DNA of 64,000 nucleotides from Deltaproteobacteria bacterium (GTDB lineage Bacteria; Myxococcota_A; Polyangia; Polyangiales; Houyiibacteriaceae), in the NCBI GenBank assembly GCA_034670305.1, contig JAXMNT010000040.1, positions 1-64,000 of the forward strand, in the 5' to 3' direction. The notes under the pieces were generated by a model that was not told where the DNA came from, did no database searches, and saw nothing but the letters and a program-made list of their open reading frames with translations. This document shows, piece after piece, positions 54,824 to 64,000 of the stretch (position 1 is the stretch's first letter; each line of letters begins with the position of its first letter). A program made the translations under genes and the position numbers.

Positions 54824-55472
54824 TGTCCCAGCACTGACCGAGTCGGAGCTGGAGGCCCTGCCCATCTTCCCGCTCCCGCGCGTGGTCTTCTTTCCGGGCA
54901 CGCTGTTGCCGCTTCACCTCTTCGAAGAGCGGTACCGCGATCTGGCGGAGTGGTGCACCACCCATGGACCGGCCGCGATGGCGATCGCGTTGCTCGAGCC
55001 CGGCTACGAAGACGAGTACGAGGGGCGCCCCTCGATCCGGCCCGTCGCGGGCGCAGGCCGCATCGTCGCGCACGAACGCAACGACGACGGCACCCACGAT
55101 CTGGTGCTGCACGGCGTCACCCGCGTCTCACTCGAAGAGTTCGGCACGGACCAATCCTTCCGGATCGGCAAGGCGACCGCGCTTCGATCCCACGAAGGCA
55201 GCCTGGGTCACCGCGACGTGACCACCCTGGTGACCTGTGCGACCCAGGTCGCACAAGTGGTGCGCCGGAAACATCCAGACTTCTCACTCGGCGTCGGCGT
55301 GGCCGACCCGCCCGGCTTGGTCGCAGACACCATCGCCGATCGGTTCGTGGCGGATCCCGACAAACGCCAGGCGATCCTCGAGGCCCTCGACCTCGGCGAA
55401 CGCGTGCACCTCGTCACCGACGCCGTCGGCGAGCTGCTCGCGATGCTCGCCAGCAACGACGTGAGTTCTTAA
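54816..55472 (+). CDS. LON N-terminal (substrate-binding) domain protein
   Basis: LPIFPL..VVFFPG..LPLHLFEERY; overlaps the folE end. Confidence 0.9.
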   Translation: MRDVPALTESELEALPIFPLPRVVFFPGTLLPLHLFEERYRDLAEWCTTHGPAAMAIALLEPGYEDEYEGRPSIRPVAGAGRIVAHERNDDGTHDLVLHGVTRVSLEEFGTDQSFRIGKATALRSHEGSLGHRDVTTLVTCATQVAQVVRRKHPDFSLGVGVADPPGLVADTIADRFVADPDKRQAILEALDLGERVHLVTDAVGELLAMLASNDVSS

Positions 55473-55513
55473 TTGGCGCTACGGGCCTGGCTCGCTTCGC
55501 GAGACTGGCGGCC

Positions 55514-56200
55514 CTAGCTCTTGCGGAGGGCGCTGAGGTCGATCGGTGCGGTCGGTGCCACGGCGTCCTCTTCGTCGTAGACGTGGCCCATGCGCGCACG
55601 TTTGGTCTCGAGGTAGCCGCGGTTGAGCGCGTGCGGTTCGATGAGGTGCGGCACCCGTCGCTCGACCAGGACACCTTCCGCACGAAGCTGCGTCACCTTG
55701 GAGGGGTTGTTCGTCATCAAGACGATCGACTTCACCCCGAGGTCCGCGAGCATGTCCGCCGCCATGTGGTAGCGGCGCAGGTCGTCGCCGAAACCGAGGA
55801 CGCGGTTGGCGTCCACGGTGTCGTAGCCCTTCTGCTGCATCCCATACGCGCGGATCTTGTCGCCGAGACCGATGCCGCGCCCCTCCTGACGGAGGTAGAG
55901 CACGACGCCGCGGCCGGCCTTCGCGATGCGCCGCAGCGCGAGGTCGAGCTGTTCTCGGCAATCGCATTTGAGGGAATGAAGAACCTCCCCGGTGAGGCAC
56001 TCGCTGTGCGCCCTCACCAGGATCTCTTCGCCTCCCCGAACGTCTCCGCAAACGATGGCGAGGTGCTCGGCGGCCACTCCCTCTTCACGGTAGCTCAGGA
56101 CTCGGAACTCACCGTACTCGGTGGGCAGAAGGCACTCAGAGTAGCGTTGAACGTGTGGTGCGACCGGTAGTGGCAGCACGTCGGAAGTTGATCTGCTCAT
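55514..56200 (-). CDS. ribA: GTP cyclohydrolase II
   Basis: VRAHSECLTG...S..CDC..QL, QEGRGIGL..K, DTVDAN, LMTNNP.K, YL.TK...MGH. Confidence 0.95.
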   Translation of the reverse strand: MSRSTSDVLPLPVAPHVQRYSECLLPTEYGEFRVLSYREEGVAAEHLAIVCGDVRGGEEILVRAHSECLTGEVLHSLKCDCREQLDLALRRIAKAGRGVVLYLRQEGRGIGLGDKIRAYGMQQKGYDTVDANRVLGFGDDLRRYHMAADMLADLGVKSIVLMTNNPSKVTQLRAEGVLVERRVPHLIEPHALNRGYLETKRARMGHVYDEEDAVAPTAPIDLSALRKS

Positions 56201-56272
56201 CGACGGATAGTTCCCTCGGGTGTTGAGAGGGGGCGCCGGGCTGAAGGCTCTGGGAAGCCAGGTGGCTCGGAC

Positions 56273-56300
56273 AACCTAGGGGTTGTGGGGGCCTAGTCAA
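56273..56300 (-). promoter_or_regulatory. Putative sigma70 promoter of ribA
   Basis: Minus strand TTGACT-N16-TAGGTT about 70 nt upstream of the ATG. Confidence 0.5.
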
Positions 56301-56397
56301 GACGGCCCAGTGAGCGATCCGTTACAGGGTTCCCCCCAGACAGCCGCTTTCAACGAGGGTTAAGGGGTCCGGCGGAGCCGCTGAAAACCGGCGCGGT

Positions 56398-57468
56398 TTA
56401 CTCGCGGGAGGTGTCGTCGAGCATCGCCGCCCGTTGATGGGCGCGCAGGGCGTCGAGGATCTCGTCGAGCTCCCCGTCGATGATCTTCTGCAGCGCGTGG
56501 CTGGTGAGGTTGATCCGGTGATCGGTGACGCGGCTCTGCGGGTAGTTGTAGGTGCGGATCTTCTCGCTCCGCTCTCCGGTGCCGACCATCGTGCGGCGCT
56601 CACCCTGGATCGACTCGTTCTGTTCTCGAATCGCTTCTTCCAACAGACGCGCTCGAAGGATCTGCATGGCCTTGGCCATGTTCTGGTGCTGCGACCGTTC
56701 TTGTTCGGAGCGGATCTGGATGCCGCTCGGAATGTGCAGAAGGTTGATCGCGGAGTTGGTGGTGTTGACCTTCTGGCCACCCGCGCCGCCGGCCGCGGTC
56801 TTGGTGATCTTCAGATCCTTGTCGTCGATCACCACGTCGACTTCGTCCGCCTCCGGAAGCACCGCGACGGTGGCGGTGGAGGTGTGGATGCGGCCCTGCG
56901 ACTCGGTGCTCGGCACGCGCTGCACCCGGTGCACACCGCCTTCGAACCGGAGCCGCGAGAAGACCTTGTCTCCCCGCACCAGCGCGATGACTTCTTTGAA
57001 GCCACCCGCGCTCGCCGCGCTCGAGCTCATGATCTCGACGCGCCAGCCCACCTTGTCCGCGTAGCGCTGGTACATGCGGAAGAGGTCCGCCGCGAAGAGC
57101 GCGGCTTCTTCGCCGCCCGTGCCCGCGCGGATCTCGAGGATGGTGTCTTTGGCGTCGTAGGGATCTTTGGGGAGCAGCAGAAGCTGGATCGCCTTCTCCA
57201 GCTCCGCCCTCTCCGCACGCAACTCCGGCAACTCGGCTTCGGCCAGCGCCCGCATCTCCGGATCGTCGAGCAGCTCTTCGCCATCCCGGATCTCGCTCTC
57301 GACCACCTGGTAACGATCGAACGCGGCCACGAGGTCTTCGAGCTCCGCACGCTCCTTCGTGAGCTTGGTCAGCCGGTCCGAGTCGGAGGTGATCTCCGGA
57401 CGGCACAACATCTCTTCGATTTCTCGCCAGCGGGCGGCGAGCGACTCCAGCTTGTCGATGGGCAACAT
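56398..57468 (-). CDS. prfA: Peptide chain release factor 1
   Basis: EIRAGTGG.EA.LF, GVHRVQRVPSTE (PxT), GGQ, ERSQ.QN, RSEKIRTYN.PQ.RVTDHR. Confidence 0.97.
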   Translation of the reverse strand: MLPIDKLESLAARWREIEEMLCRPEITSDSDRLTKLTKERAELEDLVAAFDRYQVVESEIRDGEELLDDPEMRALAEAELPELRAERAELEKAIQLLLLPKDPYDAKDTILEIRAGTGGEEAALFAADLFRMYQRYADKVGWRVEIMSSSAASAGGFKEVIALVRGDKVFSRLRFEGGVHRVQRVPSTESQGRIHTSTATVAVLPEADEVDVVIDDKDLKITKTAAGGAGGQKVNTTNSAINLLHIPSGIQIRSEQERSQHQNMAKAMQILRARLLEEAIREQNESIQGERRTMVGTGERSEKIRTYNYPQSRVTDHRINLTSHALQKIIDGELDEILDALRAHQRAAMLDDTSRE

Positions 57469-57480
57469 GGGCGGGTCTCT

Positions 57481-58503
57481 TCAGACCGAACGGAGCGTGG
57501 GAAGCGCCTCGACGAACCCGTCGAAGTTCGGAAACACGAGCGGCTCTTCGCCCTTCACTTCGGCGCCGGCGCGTTCGCGCCACGCGGCGGCTTCCATGGC
57601 GGTGATGGCGACTTCGATCTGGTCTTCATCCGGCTCGCGGGTGCTGATCTTCTGGAAGAGAAACCCCGGCCACAGAAGAAACTGGAGCGGGCCCGTGGTG
57701 CAGTAGCGGGCTGTGAAGCGCTGGAACTCGAACGAGATCGCGGCGATGACGGGGAGCAGACCGATGCGGAGCGCGAGCAACTGAATCTGTCCGAGGAACC
57801 CTTCGGCGTTCGGCAGCAGCAACGGCGCAGCGATCGCACCGACGATGATCGAGACCATCACGACCACGACGAGGAACGTGGTGCCGCAACGCGGGTGCAT
57901 GGTCGTCTGCGCTTTGACGTTCTCGACCGTCAGCGGCAGCTCGCGCTCGTAGGCGTTGATCGTCTTGTGTTCGGCGCCGTGGTACTGGAACACCCGCCGG
58001 ATCTCGGGGATGCGGCCGATCAGGAGCAGGTAGCTCAAGACGATGAGCAGCTTGAACCCGCCGATGACGATGTGGAAGTTGGCTTCGCCAAGTCCGAAGT
58101 CGTGTCCGAAGAGTTTGCCCGAGCCGGCCGCCAAGAGCTGCGGGAGCGCGACGAAGAGGCCGAGCGCGAACATGGTGGAGAGCACCATCGCGAGGCGACC
58201 GCCGCCCGACTCCTTTTCCTTCTCTTCTTCCGTCATCTGCTGCTCCGCGCTGAACTGCAGCGCGCGGAACCCGATCTTCAACGACTCGACAAGCGTCGCG
58301 ACTCCGCGAAGGCCTGGCATCTTCCAGAACTTCTTGTCGAACCGGGTCGAGTACGGCCCCTCTTGCACGATCAGCGAACCGTCTGGGCGGCGAACCGCCA
58401 CCGACAGCCCGTGCGGTGCCCGCATCATCACGCCTTCGATCACGGCCTGACCACCGATGTAGGGCGTCTTGGCGAGCAGGGAGAGCAGAGCGGCACGTTT
58501 CAT
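57481..58503 (-). CDS. DUF1385 membrane protein
   Basis: IGGQAVIEGVMMR, YHGAEHK, HPRCGT, T.EPD..QIEVA; usual neighbour of prfA. Confidence 0.92.
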   Translation of the reverse strand: MKRAALLSLLAKTPYIGGQAVIEGVMMRAPHGLSVAVRRPDGSLIVQEGPYSTRFDKKFWKMPGLRGVATLVESLKIGFRALQFSAEQQMTEEEKEKESGGGRLAMVLSTMFALGLFVALPQLLAAGSGKLFGHDFGLGEANFHIVIGGFKLLIVLSYLLLIGRIPEIRRVFQYHGAEHKTINAYERELPLTVENVKAQTTMHPRCGTTFLVVVVMVSIIVGAIAAPLLLPNAEGFLGQIQLLALRIGLLPVIAAISFEFQRFTARYCTTGPLQFLLWPGFLFQKISTREPDEDQIEVAITAMEAAAWRERAGAEVKGEEPLVFPNFDGFVEALPTLRSV

Positions 58504-58678
58504 AGGGAACGGCGAGCATAGCCCCCATCCGGGCCACGTCGAGGGAGAGGGCGCTCGGGCGTGGGGGCCGGGTCCCCCGGGGACAAGGCTTGCCTGAACA
58601 GGCCAGGGGGGTAAGCCAGGGCTGTCGGAAAGTTGCCCTCGCCGGGGCAGGACTGGCAGAAGCAAGGGACTACGAGGA

Positions 58679-58960
58679 ATGGGACAGAAACGCATCCAGC
58701 TCATCGCACGCGGCCGCGTGCAGGGCGTCTTTTTCCGCGCCACCGCGCAGCGCGAGGCCCGTCAACTGGGCCTCACCGGATGGGTCAAGAACCGTCCGGA
58801 TGGCTCCGTCGAGATGGTGGTCGAGGGAGAAGAGGATGCGGTGAAGGACTTTCTCGCATGGGCACAACAGGGACCCACAACGGCCCGCGTGGACAAACTC
58901 GAGACCCGATGGCGAAGTCATACCGGCGAATTCTCCGACTTCCGCATCGCCAAACCCTAG
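58679..58960 (+). CDS. acyP: Acylphosphatase
   Basis: GRVQGVFFR, GWVKN.PDGSVE...EG, GP. Confidence 0.95.
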   Translation: MGQKRIQLIARGRVQGVFFRATAQREARQLGLTGWVKNRPDGSVEMVVEGEEDAVKDFLAWAQQGPTTARVDKLETRWRSHTGEFSDFRIAKP

Positions 58961-60909
58961 CGGCTTGGTGTGTGGCGTGGTCCGTCTGCTTCACGGCAGG
59001 CGTGCGCGCGCAGACGCCGGAAGGCACCGGCGACGGCTGGTCCCGTGACCGCATCGAAGCGCTCGCCGCCCGGCTGCGGAGCGACCGTGGCGAAGAGCGG
59101 GCGCGCACCATCGAAGCGCTCTTGCACCTGCCCGAAGAAGCCCTTGGAGCCATCCGTGCCCGCGTCGAGTACACCCGCCGGCAGATCGTCCCAGGCGAAG
59201 ATGGCCTCGAAGCGCTGCGCTCGTTCCGCCACGCCACCGGCAGTCGTCGGGCCGACGACATGGTGGACATCGCGACCGGCATCGAGGCGGTGCTCGAAGA
59301 ACGGCGGGACGACATCACCGCGCGGTCGGCCGAGCGGGTGCTGCTGATTCGGTCGCTCGAGGGCATCGGAACGCTCGATGCCCAACGTTCGATCGCCGAC
59401 ATCTTCTCGCTCACGAACGAGATGTGGCGGTGGGAGCAGCGGCGGATCCTCGAACGGATGGGCGGGCGAATTCTCGCGGGGCTGATCGTGGCCCGCGGGC
59501 ACGCGGACCGCGGCGTGCGGCGGTGGGCCCGCGAAGCCACCCGCACATTGAACATGGAGAACCCGGCGATGGCGCTCCAAGAGGAGACCGCGTCGATCCT
59601 GCAGGATCGGATCACCGCCTACGCCGAAGTGCGCGACCTGGACGCGATGCCGGTGATCATCTCCTTCGTCGACCACCCCGACCCGGGCGTGCGGGATGCC
59701 GCGCGCGCCGCGATGGAGCGCTACGGACGCAACGGGATCTGGCAGTTGCGCGAAGCGATGCAGAACACCCTCGGGGAGCGGGCGGACGAGAGCTGGGGAT
59801 GGCGGCGCACCATGACCGCTCTCTACTCGAAGCTCGACGAGCGCCGGCTCGCGCCCTACGCGGCGCAGGTGGACGAAGCGCGCGCGTCGTTCGACGCAGG
59901 CGACCTCCCGGCGGCCCGTGCCACCCTCGACCAGTTGCTGCTCGATGCCCCCGAGCCGCCCCGCGCGGCGGACATCGCCGCGCTCTACGCGGAGATGTCT
60001 GCGTCCGTCGACGCGCCGGTGGAAGCGCGGCGGCTGATGCAGCGCGCGGTCTGGCTCGGCGTCGAGCACCCGCACGTTGGGCAGTGGCGCGCACAGCTCG
60101 TTCGCATGGACGCGGAAGTCGACCAGGCGCGCGGCCTCGTGGATCCGACCGCGCTCGGCATCGAACGCCCCCAAGACGCGTCTGTTGCGAGCGCGGAGGC
60201 CACCCATGAGAACGGTGTGGAGAGCAACGGAGGCGGGTACGTGTGGCTGCTCGCGCTGCTGGGCCTGGTCGGCCTTGGTGTGATCGGCTGGCGGACCGGC
60301 TACATCCACACCGCGGCGCGCATGGCCGGCGTTCGGCTCCCCCGATGGCGGCTGCCGCGCGTGCCGATGGGCTCGGTGCGGGTCGCTGCGCGTTCCCTGC
60401 TGAGCAAGCTCCGGCCGACGCCACGCCGCTCGGCGCGGACCAAGTTCATCCGTCCCACGACATGCGATGACGCGGGATCCGAAGCCAAGGTCTCGCCCAA
60501 GGTCCGCAAGAAGGCGGAGCCAGTGGGCGCCGCGTTCGTCTTCGGTGCCGAGCCGGCGAAAACGAAACCGACCCGTACGCCCGAGACCGCCTCGCGCCAC
60601 GCGGACGACGAGGTGCTGCCCAGGAACACCGACCTCGGTGGGCTGATCCTGGGTGAACCAGACCGCGTGGACACCCCGCAGACCCCGCCAGAGGCATGCG
60701 CGCCCGCGGACGAGAAGAAGCGCCGCCGGAAGAAGCCGCTGCGGGGCCGGGCGGCGATCGGCCGTCGTTCGTCGGTCGGCCAGGACGCACCGATGCGGCT
60801 CGACGCGTGGATCCAAGGTGCAGGGCACGCGCCCGAACACGCGCCGGACACGCTGCCCGACCCCGCGGACACGGGCGAGCGCACGCTCCAAGACGCGCCC
60901 TTCCCGTAG
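58909..60909 (+). CDS. HEAT/TPR-like exported membrane protein with basic disordered tail
   Basis: HEAT-like VRDAARAAM; TM WLLALLGLVGLGVIGW; start uncertain (ATG 58909 or GTG 58972). Confidence 0.7.
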   Translation: MAKSYRRILRLPHRQTLAAWCVAWSVCFTAGVRAQTPEGTGDGWSRDRIEALAARLRSDRGEERARTIEALLHLPEEALGAIRARVEYTRRQIVPGEDGLEALRSFRHATGSRRADDMVDIATGIEAVLEERRDDITARSAERVLLIRSLEGIGTLDAQRSIADIFSLTNEMWRWEQRRILERMGGRILAGLIVARGHADRGVRRWAREATRTLNMENPAMALQEETASILQDRITAYAEVRDLDAMPVIISFVDHPDPGVRDAARAAMERYGRNGIWQLREAMQNTLGERADESWGWRRTMTALYSKLDERRLAPYAAQVDEARASFDAGDLPAARATLDQLLLDAPEPPRAADIAALYAEMSASVDAPVEARRLMQRAVWLGVEHPHVGQWRAQLVRMDAEVDQARGLVDPTALGIERPQDASVASAEATHENGVESNGGGYVWLLALLGLVGLGVIGWRTGYIHTAARMAGVRLPRWRLPRVPMGSVRVAARSLLSKLRPTPRRSARTKFIRPTTCDDAGSEAKVSPKVRKKAEPVGAAFVFGAEPAKTKPTRTPETASRHADDEVLPRNTDLGGLILGEPDRVDTPQTPPEACAPADEKKRRRKKPLRGRAAIGRRSSVGQDAPMRLDAWIQGAGHAPEHAPDTLPDPADTGERTLQDAPFP

Positions 60910-60913
60910 GCGG

Positions 60914-62671
60914 TCAGAACGTCGCGGGTTCGGCGTCCGCGCTCGGCTCGACTGGTTCCTCTTCGTCGTCGGGCCCGCCTTCGCCTTCGCCTCCGTCGCC
61001 CGAGTCGCCGGCGTCCGGGAACATCGACGCGATGAAGAGCATCGAGAACAGCGCCATCAGCACCGCCAGCGAGAGCGAGTACTGTAGGTAGATCGCGTAG
61101 CCGAACCCGAGCAGGATCGGCACGAGCGCGATGCGCACCCAGAGGTGCCCCTTGGTGTTGAAGCTGTGCTGCGGGTTCGCGTCTGCTGAGCGGACGACGC
61201 GATCGTAGATGAGCAGGAACTGGAGTGAGCCGACACCGATGGCGGTGAAGATGAGCCACATCGACGACGGGTCGTACGCCTCCCAGAGCAGCTCCCGCAG
61301 CTGCCACGCATCGATGCCGAGGTGGTTGGTCGCGAACTCGACGACGTTGGCCCGGTCGAGACCACTGACGGTGGCTTCGGCGAGCCCTTCGTGTTCGACC
61401 AGGTACTTCTGCGCGAGGCCGACCTTGTCGCCGCCTTCTTCGTAGAGGTGACCCGCGACCACGGAACCGACCGACCAGCCGATGCCGACCGTCATGTTCA
61501 CGTAGCCCATGTACAGGCCCTCTTTGCCCTTGGGCGCGATGCTCGCGAGGTAGCGCATCTTGGTCGGGCTCGCGGCCATCTCACCGATGGAGAAGAGCGC
61601 GATGCAGCCAACGATCCACCAGCCGTTCATCGACATGCCGAGGCCGTAGATCGCGACCGCGCTGACGCCGATGCCGACCACGATCGCGGTGAGCGATCGG
61701 AAGAAGCCGGTGAGGTAGCCAAACGCGAACGCGAGGAAGCTGATGAGCAACGCGTTCACGTTGATCATCCACTCCTGGGTCATGTTGCCGTCGTCGTTGC
61801 GCGGCACCCAGTCGCCGAGCGCGTCGGCGATCATGCGCGAGTCGACCCAGTCCTCGATGAAGTTCGGGAGGATGTCGAACAGCTGGTAGAACATCAGCCA
61901 GAAGCCCGCGAAGGCCATCGTGAAGAAGAAGAGGCGCGGCTCGAGCAAGCCGTAGACCGCGTCTTTGAGAAGCGAGAGCACGCCCTTCGTCTCCGACTTC
62001 TCGGGGTCCGAGAAGAAGAAGAGCGGGATGAAGTTGAGCGCGATGCCCGCGGCGCAGATCAAGAAGACGTAGTCCCAGTCGAGCACCCGCAGGTAGCCGG
62101 CGGCGAGCGGTCCGAAGAAGCCGCCGATGTTCACGCACTGGTAGAAGACGCCCCAGCCAAACGCCGCGCTCTCCTTGGGGAGCTCCTTGGCGATGAGGCC
62201 CTGCAGACCCGGCTTGAAGATCGCAGTGCCCGCCGCGAGGAACATCGCGCCGGTGAAGAACACTTCGTAGACATGGTCTACGCCCGCGTCCCGCGCATCG
62301 GCGAGCGACATGCCGTCGAGCATCTCGGTCAGCGGTATGCAGTACCCCATCACGAGGTAGCCGATGATCTTCAGGACCGTCGCAACCGCGATGTTGATGC
62401 GGCAGCCGTAGCGGTCTGCAAACCCGCCGGTGAAGATCGGGAGGAAACTCTGCACCACCGCCCACAGGCCGTAGATCGATCCCTTCTGCACATGGGTCAG
62501 CTCGGGGCCACCTTCGCTGACCGCGAGCACCATGTAGACCGGCAGGACGACCCGCACGCCGTAGTAGGCGAAGCGTTCGACCAGCTCCATCCAGTTGCTG
62601 ATCCAGAAGACCGCAGAGAACGACCGCAGCTGGGTCCAGAGGGGGGCTTTGGAGCGTTCGGTTTCGGCCAT
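60914..62671 (-). CDS. MFS transporter, POT/PTR peptide transporter family
   Basis: ExxERFxYYG (ELVERFAYYG), ADRYG, IFKP, FY..VNIG, GEM..SP; multiple TMs. Confidence 0.88.
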   Translation of the reverse strand: MAETERSKAPLWTQLRSFSAVFWISNWMELVERFAYYGVRVVLPVYMVLAVSEGGPELTHVQKGSIYGLWAVVQSFLPIFTGGFADRYGCRINIAVATVLKIIGYLVMGYCIPLTEMLDGMSLADARDAGVDHVYEVFFTGAMFLAAGTAIFKPGLQGLIAKELPKESAAFGWGVFYQCVNIGGFFGPLAAGYLRVLDWDYVFLICAAGIALNFIPLFFFSDPEKSETKGVLSLLKDAVYGLLEPRLFFFTMAFAGFWLMFYQLFDILPNFIEDWVDSRMIADALGDWVPRNDDGNMTQEWMINVNALLISFLAFAFGYLTGFFRSLTAIVVGIGVSAVAIYGLGMSMNGWWIVGCIALFSIGEMAASPTKMRYLASIAPKGKEGLYMGYVNMTVGIGWSVGSVVAGHLYEEGGDKVGLAQKYLVEHEGLAEATVSGLDRANVVEFATNHLGIDAWQLRELLWEAYDPSSMWLIFTAIGVGSLQFLLIYDRVVRSADANPQHSFNTKGHLWVRIALVPILLGFGYAIYLQYSLSLAVLMALFSMLFIASMFPDAGDSGDGGEGEGGPDDEEEPVEPSADAEPATF

Positions 62672-62729
62672 CGCGCGGCACCCTACCTGCAGACGTCGGC
62701 GGAGGGATCGGAGCACGTGCCACAACTCA

Positions 62730-62900
62730 CGGAGCCCTCGCTTCGTCAGGCGGCCCCCGTAGAGGATGGCGGAAGATGGGGTCGACTGGCGGAGCCCTCG
62801 CTTCGTCAGGCGGCCCCAGATTGCGCGTCCTCAAGGCGGAGCGCGACTACTGTCGGCGGAGCCGCAGAGGATGGCGGAAGATGGGGTCGACTGGCGGAGC
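62730..62900. repeat. Interleaved A-B-A-x-B direct repeats in the intergenic region
   Basis: cggagccctcgcttcgtcaggcggcccc at 62730 and 62790; agaggatggcggaagatggggtcgactggcggagc at 62761 and 62866. Confidence 0.85.
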
Positions 62901-62911
62901 GACGACGGAAC

Positions 62912-62944
62912 GACGAAGGCCCCGCCGCTAAGCGAGGCCTTGTC
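62912..62944 (-). terminator. Probable terminator hairpin after rplQ
   Basis: aaggcc.cgc / gcg.ggcctt stem; weak U tract. Confidence 0.5.
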
Positions 62945-62968
62945 AGAGTCCGAGTCGAACCTGAGGTC

Positions 62969-63493
62969 CTACTCTTCTTCAGCCTTCGGGGCCTTGGCCT
63001 TCTTGGGCGAGACCTGGGCACCAACGAGCTCGATGATCGACATCGGCGCGTTGTCGCCGTCGCGGCGGCCGATCTTGACGATGCGGGTGTAGCCGCCGCC
63101 CTTGTTCTCGAGGGCCCTCGCGACGTAGCGGGGCGCGACGTCGTGGAAGAGCTTGTGCACCAGATCGACGTCTTCGACGGTCTCGTCGTCGAGCGTCTTC
63201 GTCATGTTGCGCGGGAGGAACTTGGCCACTTCACGCTGGGCGTGAATGCGTGCGCCAACCACGCGGGTGCGCTCACCCTCATCGGCGATCTTGCCGATGT
63301 CGACCGTGAGGTCTTCACCGAGCCGGACAGCGCGCGTGATGAGTCGTTCGACGATGCGACGAAGTTCTTTCGCCTTCGCGTCGGTGGTCCGGATCCGCTC
63401 GTGGAGGATCAGGTTGCCAGCCATGTTGCGAAACATGGCGCGGCGGTGGGGGCTGTTTCGGCCGAACTTTCGGCCCGCTTTGAGGTGTCGCAT
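62969..63493 (-). CDS. rplQ: 50S ribosomal protein L17 with internal insertions
   Basis: MRH.K.GRK.GR...HR.AM, HERI.TT..KAKELR..VE.LIT, GGYTRI.K...R.GD.A. Confidence 0.97.
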   Translation of the reverse strand: MRHLKAGRKFGRNSPHRRAMFRNMAGNLILHERIRTTDAKAKELRRIVERLITRAVRLGEDLTVDIGKIADEGERTRVVGARIHAQREVAKFLPRNMTKTLDDETVEDVDLVHKLFHDVAPRYVARALENKGGGYTRIVKIGRRDGDNAPMSIIELVGAQVSPKKAKAPKAEEE

Positions 63494-63524
63494 CGTCTAA
63501 TCCAAAGTTGTCGGTCAGCGCCGC

Positions 63525-64000
63525 CTACGCGGTGGCTTGCTGAACCTTCCAGCGCTCGACCATCGCGGTCCAGTTGTCGATCTTCATGCCGAGGCTGAGG
63601 CCCATGTCGGCGAGGATCTCTTTGATCTCCTTGAGCGACTTCCGGCCGAAGTTCTTCGTCTTCAGCATCTCGGCTTCCGTCTTCTGGACGAGCTCGCCGA
63701 TGAGGTGGATGTTCGCGTTCTGGAGGCAGTTGGCGGAGCGCACCGAGAGCTCGAGCTCTTCCACGGAGCGGAAGAGGTTCTCGTTGAGCGGCTCTTCCTC
63801 ATCCTCGGTCTCGGTCGGCTCTTCTTCTTCTTCGAAGTTGATGAAGATGGTGAGCTGGTCCTTGAGGATCTTCGCTGCGAAGGCGACCGCGTCGGGCGGC
63901 TCGACCGAACCGTCGGTCCACACTTCGAGGCTGAGCTTGTCGTAGTCGGTGACCTGTCCGACACGCGCGTTGGTGACCGTGTAGTTCACCTTGCGGACCG
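63525..64000 (-). CDS. rpoA: RNA polymerase alpha subunit, C-terminal part (truncated by window edge)
   Basis: [39 protein letters not shown]. Confidence 0.97.
   Translation of the reverse strand, partial: VRKVNYTVTNARVGQVTDYDKLSLEVWTDGSVEPPDAVAFAAKILKDQLTIFINFEEEEEPTETEDEEEPLNENLFRSVEELELSVRSANCLQNANIHLIGELVQKTEAEMLKTKNFGRKSLKEIKEILADMGLSLGMKIDNWTAMVERWKVQQATA

Noticed and set aside
56201-56397. FMN riboswitch upstream of ribA
   Set aside because: The conserved RFN segments (AGGGCGGGG.GAAA.TCCC.ACCGGCGGT) were not found on the minus strand.
62730-62900. Mini CRISPR array
   Set aside because: The putative spacer is itself repeated, there are only two copies, and no leader or cas genes are present.

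Overview
GC-rich bacterial chromosome segment, most likely Myxococcota (Polyangia/Sandaracinaceae-like). This is inferred from the many Cys-rich lipoproteins with DAG/DAP linkers, a MYXO-CTERM-like tail, and PEGA, HEAT and Ser/Thr kinase proteins. About 55 genes are supported. The left ~26 kb is accessory: surface lipoproteins (FG-GAP, Cys-rich repeats, NIDO, GH3, PL1, EEP) and an NhaR-like LysR regulator. The middle holds an MscS/MscS/DUF432/CorA/DAGK cluster, a helical-protein/degenerate HD-GYP/kinase module and an amidohydrolase lipoprotein. The right part is more housekeeping (folE-like, ribA, prfA, DUF1385, acyP, POT transporter, rplQ, partial rpoA). The most notable observations are: (1) a translationally coupled class-III aminotransferase-luxE-luxC operon with no luciferase in the window, a candidate acid-to-aldehyde-to-amine pathway; (2) an orphan gene whose C-terminus resembles T3SS needle subunits; (3) a repeated TAnnnT-N6-start signature suggesting leaderless mRNAs; (4) a decayed four-helix-bundle gene cassette at the left end, interrupted by tandem palindromic elements. 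No rRNA, tRNA or CRISPR array was seen. All family calls come from motifs read by eye, not from database searches.
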